DNA of 30,413 bases, taken from positions 1 to 30,413 of the forward strand of contig JAWOML010000001.1 in assembly GCA_033852515.1 (NCBI GenBank), given 5' to 3'. The position numbers were made by a program, and so were the translations under genes. Shown piece by piece: positions 1 through 7,304 of the stretch (the stretch's first letter is position 1; every line of letters begins with the position of its first letter). Origin of the DNA: Thermoplasmata archaeon. Its GTDB lineage: Archaea > Thermoplasmatota > Thermoplasmata > RBG-16-68-12. The notes beneath the pieces are model-generated. The model did not search any database, was not told the DNA's origin, and worked only from the letters and a program-made list of their open reading frames with translations.

Positions 1-770
1 GACTGCTGCTTGATGATGTCCCGGTCCCGGTGGTACTGCGCGACATTGGCCTCGGCCTGGGCGTTCGCCTTCTCGGCCTCCTGGGCCGCCGTGGCCTCTG
101 CGACCGTGGCCTCGCGGTTCGCGTTCGCCTTGCCGACCCGCGCGTCGCGCTTGACCTCCTCCGTCCGCTTGACGCCGAGGGCGGTGAGGTACCCCTGCGC
201 GTCTTCGATTTCCTTGATCACGAAAGAACGGATCTCGATGCCCATGTTCCGCAGGTCGTTCCCCGCCATCCCGAGGATCTTCGACGCGATCGCGTCCCGG
301 TCCGAGTTGACCTCCTCGACGGTCAGGGTGGCGCACACCCCACGGACGTGGCCTTCGAGGGTCTTCAGAGCGATCTCGTCGACCTGCTGCTCCGTCTTCC
401 CAAGCAGGTTTTCTGCGGCCGTGTTCAGCGTGGCCTCGTCCGATGAGATCTTCACCTGGGCGACCGCCTTGATGTTGATCCGGGCGCCTGACCGCTTGAC
501 GTCCGTCACGATCTCCGACACGACGAGGTCCAGGGTCCGCACGTCGAGGCGGAGCCACTCGATCGACTCAACGATGGGCACGATGAGCTTCGCGCCACCG
601 GAGAGGACCTGGTATCCGCGTCCCCCCTGCCCCCTCTGCTTCCTCCCGTAGACGACCATGGCCATGTTCGGAGGCACCTTCTTGTACCGGCTCGCGTAGA
701 GCAGGATGGCCGCAAAGACGACGATCACGATCCCCAGGATCACAAAGCTCAGAATCTCTTCGCCCGCCAC
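1..770 (-). CDS. SPFH/band-7 flotillin-like protein, partial (runs off the left edge; missing from ORF track)
   Basis: Manual translation: GTG at 770 after SD-like GAGGTGA (alternative GTG 779). N-terminal TM helix, then YKKVPPNMAMVVYG, GGAKLIVPIVE, AAENLLGK, LKTLEGHVRGVCATLTVEEVNSDR, GYLTALG and Ala/Glu-rich EATVAEATAAQEAEKANA repeats. Directly downstream of an NfeD-like gene. Confidence 0.9.
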   Translation of the reverse strand, partial: MAGEEILSFVILGIVIVVFAAILLYASRYKKVPPNMAMVVYGRKQRGQGGRGYQVLSGGAKLIVPIVESIEWLRLDVRTLDLVVSEIVTDVKRSGARINIKAVAQVKISSDEATLNTAAENLLGKTEQQVDEIALKTLEGHVRGVCATLTVEEVNSDRDAIASKILGMAGNDLRNMGIEIRSFVIKEIEDAQGYLTALGVKRTEEVKRDARVGKANANREATVAEATAAQEAEKANAQAEANVAQYHRDRDIIKQQ

Positions 771-788
771 AACAATCACCTCTCCCTG

Positions 789-1325
789 TCACACCTTGTG
801 TACCTTGACCGAGTTCCCTACGACGCTGTCCACCGCAACGTGCTCGTCCGTCGTGATTTCCGTGTCGGCCACGGCCTGCAGGAGCGTCCGCCCGCGGGCC
901 TCCGTCACGATGACCACCTGTCCCGGCTGGCCGGGACGGATCGGCACGAGTACCTGGCCCTTGTAACCCACGAGGCTCGCCAGGTCCACCTTGGTCTCTG
1001 CCTGGGTCTTCACGAACACGTTGACCATGAGCACGTACATGCCCGCTCCCACGAGCCCGGCGCATGCCGCGGCTAGGAGGGGCGTCAGCACGGGGCCGTA
1101 CTGCAGGAACTCGAAGATGGTCCCGAACCCCCCGAAGGCCGCGCCGAAGGACGAGATGATGGGGAGGCTCAGCGGGCTCACACCGCCGTCCAGATCGCCG
1201 CCCACGCCGATGTCGTGGTCGAAATCGATTCCCCCGATGTCCCCCAGGGCCATGACGAGGAACAGGAGGACGATGAAGGCGATCATGATCCAGGTGTACG
1301 GGCTCAAGCCAAGCAACCATGCCAT
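789..1325 (-). CDS. NfeD-like membrane protein (TM region plus C-terminal OB-fold), flotillin partner
   Basis: Hydrophobic N-terminal helices; C-terminal LVGYKGQVLVPIRPGQPGQVVI..GR...AVADTEI....V.V..VVGNSVKV matches the NfeD C-terminal pattern. Canonical adjacency to an SPFH gene. Confidence 0.85.
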   Translation of the reverse strand: MAWLLGLSPYTWIMIAFIVLLFLVMALGDIGGIDFDHDIGVGGDLDGGVSPLSLPIISSFGAAFGGFGTIFEFLQYGPVLTPLLAAACAGLVGAGMYVLMVNVFVKTQAETKVDLASLVGYKGQVLVPIRPGQPGQVVIVTEARGRTLLQAVADTEITTDEHVAVDSVVGNSVKVHKV

Positions 1326-1329
1326 GCTC

Positions 1330-1851
1330 TCAACGCTCCTCGGAGCGCCGCCATTCCCTCGTGACGGGCTCCGTCTTCCGCGGAGGCAGCTTCACGGCCT
1401 CCCTTCCGCTCCCCATGCGGGCCCCGCAGTTCCAGCAGAACCCGTCCCCGGCGTGGAGCTTGACCCCGCAGTAGGGGCAGAAGGCGGCGCTGGGCTTCGC
1501 CGGTGCCGCGGGCGCGGCCGGCGCGGGTACCCCGGGTCGCGGCGTCCCGCGGCGACGTCCCGCGGGCGGGTCGACTGGCTTGGGCGGAGGCGGCGGGGTC
1601 GGGGGTCCCGCGAACACGGCGCCACACTCGTTGCAGCTTGTGGCGTCCGGCGCCACGAGGGCGCCGCAGATCGGGCAGATGTAGCCCCGGAAGACGACGC
1701 CGCGGCGACCGAACCCCAAATCCCGGTTGGGTTGGAACTCGAGCTCGCGGCTCGGCTGGAACTCCAGGGCGCGGCCCGGCTCAAACTCGAGGGGTCGTCC
1801 CGCCTCGAACTCCAACTTCCGGTTCGGGTCGAAGTTCAGGTATCCTGCCAT
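1330..1851 (-). CDS. Double zinc-ribbon protein with N-terminal 8-aa tandem repeats and Pro-rich linker
   Basis: CPICG..CNECG and CPYCG..CWNCG; SD-like GGAGGG before ATG; TATA-like CCTATATC at 1900-1893 (minus strand). Confidence 0.8.
   Translation of the reverse strand: MAGYLNFDPNRKLEFEAGRPLEFEPGRALEFQPSRELEFQPNRDLGFGRRGVVFRGYICPICGALVAPDATSCNECGAVFAGPPTPPPPPKPVDPPAGRRRGTPRPGVPAPAAPAAPAKPSAAFCPYCGVKLHAGDGFCWNCGARMGSGREAVKLPPRKTEPVTREWRRSEER
1696..1839 (-). repeat. Six degenerate 24-bp (8-aa) coding repeats, consensus L-E-F-x-P-x-R-x
   Basis: LNFDPNRK/LEFEAGRP/LEFEPGRA/LEFQPSRE/LEFQPNRD/LGFGRRGV; aactc recurs at 1736, 1760, 1784, 1808 on the + strand. Confidence 0.9.
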
Positions 1852-1928
1852 GTCCCTCCACTCCGGGCGGCAAGAATGGGGGGTTCTGGCAAGATATAGG
1901 TTGGGTAGGCATTCCCTTTACTTGGCCG

Positions 1929-2387
1929 TCAGGGCAGGACCCGCCGCTCCTCCTTTACCACATTTAGGACGACTTGCGTATACGTGTTTTCGACGTATTC
2001 CATGGATCCCAGACGCTTGATGAAACCGTCCAGCTCCCGAGTGCTCTTGAGCCGGACGACGAGGATAGAATCCCACTCCCCGGTCACGTCGAAGACGTGG
2101 GTCACGCGCTCGTCCTTCGCGATTCGCCGCTGGACCTCGAGCAACCTTCCCTTGTGGATCTTGACGCCCACGACGGCGAGGACATCGAAGCCGATCTTCG
2201 ACTCGTCGATCAGCGGCGCGTAGCCCGTGATCACGCCTTCGGACTCGAGCTTGCGGATGCGGTTGGACACCGTGCTGATGCTCGCCTGCACCTCCCGCGC
2301 GATGTCCCGGTACGACTTCCGAGCGTCTTGGTTCAGCAGCGCGACGATCCGCACATCCAGCTCGTCGAGCTTCACGGTGGGCGTCAT
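1929..2387 (-). CDS. Lrp/AsnC-family transcriptional regulator
   Basis: LDELDVRIVALLNQDAR.SYRDIA...S.STV.NRIRKLE.EGVITGY HTH, plus C-terminal RAM domain (VFDVTGEWD). Divergent from glnA. Confidence 0.95.
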   Translation of the reverse strand: MTPTVKLDELDVRIVALLNQDARKSYRDIAREVQASISTVSNRIRKLESEGVITGYAPLIDESKIGFDVLAVVGVKIHKGRLLEVQRRIAKDERVTHVFDVTGEWDSILVVRLKSTRELDGFIKRLGSMEYVENTYTQVVLNVVKEERRVLP

Positions 2388-2474
2388 AGGCCGTTCCTTC
2401 CGTATTTCGGGCGACCTAAGGGAGAAGAGGTCTCGGTCGAATGCTCGGAAATCCCGGTAAAACCGCTCGGAGGA

Positions 2475-2489
2475 TGCGACATTGTCTCA
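2475..2489. promoter_or_regulatory. Imperfect 15-bp palindrome, candidate operator between lrp and glnA
   Basis: TGCGACA-T-TGTCTCA: 6 of 7 positions are dyad-symmetric. Confidence 0.4.
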
Positions 2490-2536
2490 CTTCGCCCAGA
2501 GATGCCGGTCAATTGTACGACCCTATAGCGTAACTG

Positions 2537-2544
2537 TTTAAATA
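2537..2544 (+). promoter_or_regulatory. TATA box of glnA
   Basis: TTTAAATA in an AT-rich island about 85 nt upstream of the ATG; SD GGGAGG at 2615-2620. Confidence 0.7.
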
Positions 2545-2626
2545 TGTATCATTTCCTTCAATAGAACCGGCAGGACGGCTGCGTCCGTCCGGCTGTGCCC
2601 CCACGGGGGTCCCAGGGAGGAAGCGG

Positions 2627-4081
2627 ATGGCGACCAGGAAGGCCAACAGCGTAGAGCTTGTGCTGAAGCGGGTCAAGGAGGAGAAGATCCGCTGGATCGA
2701 TCTGCAGTTCGTGGACCTCGTGGGGGGGCTCCAGCATATCACCATCCCGTCGACGTCCATCGGTCCCGACGAGTTCAAACGAGGCATCGGGAAGCTCGAC
2801 GGCTCTTCGATCCGCGGGTTCAAGGAGATCCACGAGTCGGATATGGTCATGAAGCCCGACCCGGCCACGTTCGCGATCCTCCCGTGGTACGCGGGCGAGC
2901 ACCGGACCGCCCGGATGATCGTGGACGTCTACGAGGGCGCCACGTACGAGCGGTTCACGCGGGACTCTCGTTACATCGCTCAAAAGGCCGTGCAATATGC
3001 CAAGGATTCCGGGTACGACACCACGTACTGGGGTCCCGAAATCGAGTTCTTCGTGTTCGACGGCATCCGGCTCACACCGACCCCGGACCATGCCCGGAAC
3101 CCCTGGTCAGGCGCCGGGTATGAGATCCTGAGCCGAGAGGCGCCGTGGCATGAGGACGGCGGCAAGAACTTCCCCGTCCGCTTCAAGGAGGGCTACTACC
3201 CCGCCCCGCCTGTGGACAGCCTGCAGGACTTCCGCAACGAGGCGTGCCGCGTCCTGATCGACGATTTCGGGATGACCTTGGACGCCCACCACCACGAGGT
3301 CGCGACCGCGGGCCAGTGCGAGATCGACATGCGCTACAGCGAGCTCGTCCCCACAGCGGATGCCTGCGTGACGTACCGCTACGTGATGAAGATGGTGGCC
3401 CATCAGATGGGGATGATGGCCACGTTCATGCCCAAGCCCATCTTCGGCGACAACGCGAGCGGGATGCATGTCCACCAGAGCGTCTGGACCAAGGGGAAGA
3501 ACATGATGTACGATCCGGACGACGAGTACGCGGAGATCAGCCAGACCTGCAGGTACTACATCGGCGGGCTCATGGACCACGCACCCGCCTTGTGCGCCTT
3601 CACGAACCCGACGACGAACTCCTACCGTCGGCTCGTGCCCGGCTACGAGGCCCCCGTGTTCATCGCCTGGTCCAAGCGAAACCGGAGCGCGAACATCCGG
3701 ATCCCCATGTACTACCATGGCATCGAGGCGGCCAAGCGCTTGGAGTACCGGACGCCGGACCCCTCATGCAACCCGTACCTCGCGTTCGCGGCCTGTCTGT
3801 CCGCCGGCTTGGACGGCATCAAGCGGAAGCTGGATCCCGGCAACCCCGTGGACGAGGACCTGTACCACCTGAGCGCATCCAAGCGCAAATCCCTCGGCGT
3901 GCGCGAGCTCCCGGGCTCCCTCAAGGAGTCTGTGGAGCACCTGCAGACGGACTACATGTTCCTGAAGACCGTGTTCACGCAGGACTTCCTGGAGAAGTAC
4001 GAGGAGATCAAGCTGGACGAGCACTTGCAGACCTCGCTCCGACCCTCGCCGTACGAGTTCTACCGGTACATGGATGCCTAG
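2627..4081 (+). CDS. glnA: Glutamine synthetase type I (GSI-beta-like, with insertion before the GYY motif)
   Basis: DGSSI, GPEIEFF, KEGYYPAPPVD, HHHEVA, FMPKP, NASGMHVHQS, NSYRRLVPGYEAP, NRSANIRIP, RLEYRTPDPSCNPY. Confidence 0.95.
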   Translation: MATRKANSVELVLKRVKEEKIRWIDLQFVDLVGGLQHITIPSTSIGPDEFKRGIGKLDGSSIRGFKEIHESDMVMKPDPATFAILPWYAGEHRTARMIVDVYEGATYERFTRDSRYIAQKAVQYAKDSGYDTTYWGPEIEFFVFDGIRLTPTPDHARNPWSGAGYEILSREAPWHEDGGKNFPVRFKEGYYPAPPVDSLQDFRNEACRVLIDDFGMTLDAHHHEVATAGQCEIDMRYSELVPTADACVTYRYVMKMVAHQMGMMATFMPKPIFGDNASGMHVHQSVWTKGKNMMYDPDDEYAEISQTCRYYIGGLMDHAPALCAFTNPTTNSYRRLVPGYEAPVFIAWSKRNRSANIRIPMYYHGIEAAKRLEYRTPDPSCNPYLAFAACLSAGLDGIKRKLDPGNPVDEDLYHLSASKRKSLGVRELPGSLKESVEHLQTDYMFLKTVFTQDFLEKYEEIKLDEHLQTSLRPSPYEFYRYMDA

Positions 4082-4083
4082 AC

Positions 4084-4228
4084 GTCCCGCACGAACCCGT
4101 TCGGGACAGGCTGAAATAGCCTGTCGCGGTCACCCGAGCCGCGAGGCTCGGGGAGCCGCCCACACCAGGGAGGCCCGCCGCGGCCTGAGGGTGGAACCAC
4201 GCGCTACCCGTCGATTCGAGTGTCCCTC
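4084..4228 (+). ncRNA. Candidate structured cis-regulatory RNA with a T-box-antiterminator-like 3' module
   Basis: Stems: GTCCCG/CGGGAC (4084-4107); GACAGGCT-GAAAT-AGCCTGTC (4105-4125); CCCGAGCC-GCGA-GGCTCGGG (4133-4152, GNRA loop); AGGCC/GGCCT (4171-4186); GAGGG-[TGGAACC bulge]-ACGC...GTGT-CCCTC (4187-4228). Fold read by eye; expression unknown. Confidence 0.45.
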
Positions 4229-5470
4229 GTGGCCAGCATGGTCTACCTGGCCCTCTGGATGGGCTCCGCCCTCGTCCGCACCTGGGCGGCGTTCGTCGGC
4301 GACGGCTCTCTGGCTGCCGTCCTCTCGTCTACGGACTGGGAGCTTTACCTTCCGGCCCTCGGCTTCATCGGCCTCATGATCATGGGCATGGCTCAGCAGT
4401 TCATCCCGCTGTACTCGGGCCGGGAGCTTTGGAGCGGCCGCGGCGCGCTCCTCCAGGTGTCCGTGGCCATCGCGGGGGTCGCGTTGCTCCTCCTGGCTCC
4501 CGTTCTGAATCCCCTCCTCGAGCTCGCAGGCCTCGCGCTCTGGCTTCTGGGCACACTCCTCTTCCTTCTCTGGATCCTAATGACCCTTCGCTCGGAGAAA
4601 CTGCCCGTCCGACCGCAAGGCAAGCATGCCGAGTTCCACACCCTGGACGTGCTCGCAATCCCCATGACCAGCGCGGCGGTGCTCTACCTGATTGCGGCGT
4701 CCGTGGGCTTCCTCCTTGCATCCCCCTACGACGCCCCCCTCGTCCCCTTTGCCCTGCTGCACTGGTTCTCCTTCCTCCATCTCTACACGTTGGGCTTCAT
4801 CCTCCTGATGGTCTTCGGCGTCGGGTTTCATCTCTTCCCCCGGTTCACCGACACGGTCCCGAACCTTCGAGTGGCCCGGGTCATTCCGATCCTCGCCTTG
4901 CCGGGGCCTGCCCTCGTGGCTCTGACCCTGCCCTTCCTGGACGCTCCCTCGGTGGAGATTGTGTTCGGCGTGTTCGCGGTGTTCGAGGCCCTCGGGGCCT
5001 TCCTGTTCGCGGTCCTCGTGTTGGACCTGTGGAGCCGGACCGAGCATCGGCGGCCCGCGTCCGCGTTCAACGCCGCGGCAGGCCTCTGGCTCATCCTCGG
5101 GGTGACGTTCGCGAGCCTCTTCGGGATCGCGCCGGGCGCGACGCTGCAGTGGGCTCCCGCTCACGGCTGGATCAACCTCCTCGGCTTCGCGGGCTTCGAG
5201 ATCTTCGGCGTGACCCACGAAGTCCTGCCGCCCTTCACGTCCATGGGGCTCAAGGTCTCTCGACGCGTGACCCGGGTCGATTTCCTCCTGGCGAACGCGG
5301 GTCTCGGCCTCGTCGTGCTCTCGTTCGCCGCGACGTTCGCGGGCGCGTCGCTCGTCGGGACGGCTCTCGCACTGGCGGGCCTTGGCCTCCTCTTGGCGAT
5401 GGCCACCTTGTACGCGTGGGGCACCTCGTACGCCCTGTTCGGAATCGTCCACCCTCGCGCGACCAAGTAA
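4220..5470 (+). CDS. Polytopic membrane protein, NnrS-like / heme-copper-oxidase-subunit-I-like fold (start uncertain: GTG 4220 or ATG 4238)
   Basis: About 12 hydrophobic segments; three repeats of LGF-x6-G-x6-P (LYLPALGF.., HLYTLGF..GFHLFPRF, HGWINLLGF..THEVLPPF). Confidence 0.7.
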   Translation: MSLVASMVYLALWMGSALVRTWAAFVGDGSLAAVLSSTDWELYLPALGFIGLMIMGMAQQFIPLYSGRELWSGRGALLQVSVAIAGVALLLLAPVLNPLLELAGLALWLLGTLLFLLWILMTLRSEKLPVRPQGKHAEFHTLDVLAIPMTSAAVLYLIAASVGFLLASPYDAPLVPFALLHWFSFLHLYTLGFILLMVFGVGFHLFPRFTDTVPNLRVARVIPILALPGPALVALTLPFLDAPSVEIVFGVFAVFEALGAFLFAVLVLDLWSRTEHRRPASAFNAAAGLWLILGVTFASLFGIAPGATLQWAPAHGWINLLGFAGFEIFGVTHEVLPPFTSMGLKVSRRVTRVDFLLANAGLGLVVLSFAATFAGASLVGTALALAGLGLLLAMATLYAWGTSYALFGIVHPRATK

Positions 5471-5488
5471 GTGCGGGTCGGCCAGAAC

Positions 5489-5495
5489 CTTTATG
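5489..5495 (+). promoter_or_regulatory. TATA-like box of the second GS gene
   Basis: CTTTATG preceded by purine-rich CAGAAC, about 45 nt upstream of ATG 5537; SD GGGAGG at 5525-5530. Confidence 0.5.
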
Positions 5496-5536
5496 GACCG
5501 CACCCCCATCGCGCGTCGAAAACCGGGAGGATGGGG

Positions 5537-6874
5537 ATGGCGGACGACGACCCGAAGACGGAAGCCCTGGAGACCGCGAAGCGCGAGAAGGTCCAGTTCG
5601 TCCAGATCACGTTCATGGACCTCGTGGGCTTCGTGAAGACGGTCACGATTCCCGTGTCCAAGCTCGAACGGGCCTTCGAGGAAGGCGTCGTCTTCGACGG
5701 ATCCAGCGTCGTGGGCTACGCGACCATCGAAGAGAGCGACATGCGAGCCCATCCGGTCCCCGAGACGTTCCGCGTGTACCCCTGGACGACGGGCGATCTG
5801 CGGACCGCGGGAATCGTCTGCAACATCTACGACTCCAAGGGGAATCGGTTCGCGGGTGATCCGCGGTACGTCTTGGAGCGAGTCATCAAGCGCGCGCGGG
5901 AACTCGGTTATGTGCCGCACACGGGCCCCGAGTACGAGTTCTTCCTGTTCAAGATCGGTCCCGACGGTCGGCCGACGAACATCCCGAGCGACAACGGGCG
6001 CTACTTCGAGCAGCTGCCCGTGGACGCGGGGGAGATGGTGCGCAAGCAGTCCGCGTTCTACGGCAACATGATGGGCTTCGACGTGGAGGCGACCCATCAC
6101 GAGGTCGCTCCGGGGCAGCACGAGCTCGACCTCCGGTACGCGGACGCGATGACCTCGGCGGACCGCGTGCTCTACCTGAAGCACCTGATCCGCACCGTGG
6201 CCCTCCAGCACGGGCTCCATGCGACGTTCATGCCCAAGCCCGTGTACGGCGTGAACGGCACGGGCATGCACGTCCACCAGAGCCTGATCACGCCGGACGG
6301 GGAGAACGCGTTCTACGACCCCACGGCCAAGTGGGAGATGTCCGACCTCATGCTCCAGTACCTCGCGGGGATCCTGGCCCACGCGCGGGAGAACTGCGCG
6401 GTCTTGGCGTCCTGGGTCAACAGCTACAAGCGCCTTGTCCCGGGCTACGAAGCCCCGGTGTACATCTCGTGGGCCAACAAGAACCGGTCCGCCATGGTCC
6501 GGATACCCCAGGGACGCGCGATGCGGACGCGGATGGAGGTCCGGAACCCGGATTGCGCGGGCAATCCCTACTTGCAGTACGCCGTGATGATCGCGGCAGG
6601 ACTCGCGGGGATGGCCCAGAAGCTCGAGCCGCCGGAGCCCGTGGAGACGGACATCTACGCCCTGACCGCCGTGGAGCGTCGCAAGCTGGGCATCGGATCC
6701 CTCCCGGCCAGCCTCGAAGAGGCCCTGGACGAGTTCGAGAAGTCCGAGCTCATGCGGGAGACCCTCGGCTCCCATGTGTTCCCGCACTGGCTCTACATCA
6801 AACGGAAGGACTGGGACGACTACCGCGTCCACGTCACGGACTACGAGCTCGGGAAGTACTTGCCCATCCTCTGA
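5537..6874 (+). CDS. glnA: Second glutamine synthetase family protein (GSI-alpha-like)
   Basis: FDGSS, IEESDM, GDPRYVL, GPEYEFFLF, HHEVAPGQHE, FMPKP, NGTGMHVHQS, NSYKRLVPGYEAP, NRSAMVRIP, RMEVRNPD. Lacks the GSI-beta insertion. Start moved from the track's 5471 to the SD-supported ATG 5537. Confidence 0.9.
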   Translation: MADDDPKTEALETAKREKVQFVQITFMDLVGFVKTVTIPVSKLERAFEEGVVFDGSSVVGYATIEESDMRAHPVPETFRVYPWTTGDLRTAGIVCNIYDSKGNRFAGDPRYVLERVIKRARELGYVPHTGPEYEFFLFKIGPDGRPTNIPSDNGRYFEQLPVDAGEMVRKQSAFYGNMMGFDVEATHHEVAPGQHELDLRYADAMTSADRVLYLKHLIRTVALQHGLHATFMPKPVYGVNGTGMHVHQSLITPDGENAFYDPTAKWEMSDLMLQYLAGILAHARENCAVLASWVNSYKRLVPGYEAPVYISWANKNRSAMVRIPQGRAMRTRMEVRNPDCAGNPYLQYAVMIAAGLAGMAQKLEPPEPVETDIYALTAVERRKLGIGSLPASLEEALDEFEKSELMRETLGSHVFPHWLYIKRKDWDDYRVHVTDYELGKYLPIL

Positions 6875-6920
6875 GCGGGCAGCGGGTTTAAGTCGGAGCG
6901 CCGCTCTGGCCCCGAGGACC

Positions 6921-7298
6921 ATGGCCGAAGCCCGCGACGACGTGACCGAGGAGCGGCAGATCCTCCGCGACGCGAAGATCCTGGACGAGAAGCTCATGGA
7001 CCAGATGGATCTCTACCCCGGGGACCGCGTCCGCTTCCGCTTCTTCTACCCCCAGCAGGGCTTCGAGGAGATCGTGGGCCACTTCCTCGGCTTCTACACC
7101 CTGTACGAGGGTCCCGAGGGCGGCGGGGACCTCAACCTCCAGATCCGCACGGTGAAGAACGGCCGCGCGACGGTCCTCTGCAAGGACCGGAGCTATCTCG
7201 AGGAGTGGGAGGTCCTGGAGCCCAACCTCGAAATCCGGGAGCGGATTCACGACCTGGACAGCCGCGCGGGACGCCACGTGGGGCACGAGTTCGGCTGA
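6921..7298 (+). CDS. Hypothetical 125-aa protein, possible small beta-barrel (Sm/SH3-like)
   Basis: TTTAAG TATA at 6887-6892, ATG 6921, genome-typical codon use, beta-strand-rich core. Confidence 0.7.
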   Translation: MAEARDDVTEERQILRDAKILDEKLMDQMDLYPGDRVRFRFFYPQQGFEEIVGHFLGFYTLYEGPEGGGDLNLQIRTVKNGRATVLCKDRSYLEEWEVLEPNLEIRERIHDLDSRAGRHVGHEFG

Positions 7299-7304
7299 CC
7301 GCAA

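Noticed and set aside
1696-1839. 24-bp periodicity as a CRISPR-like array
   Set aside because: In-frame coding repeat with no spacers and no cas genes.
2388-2626. NrpR (GGAA-N6-TTCC) or GlnR/TnrA (TGTNA-N7-TNACA) box upstream of glnA
   Set aside because: No match found on manual inspection.
4577-6997. 806-aa minus-strand ORF
   Set aside because: Codon-aligned antisense shadow of the membrane protein and GS2.
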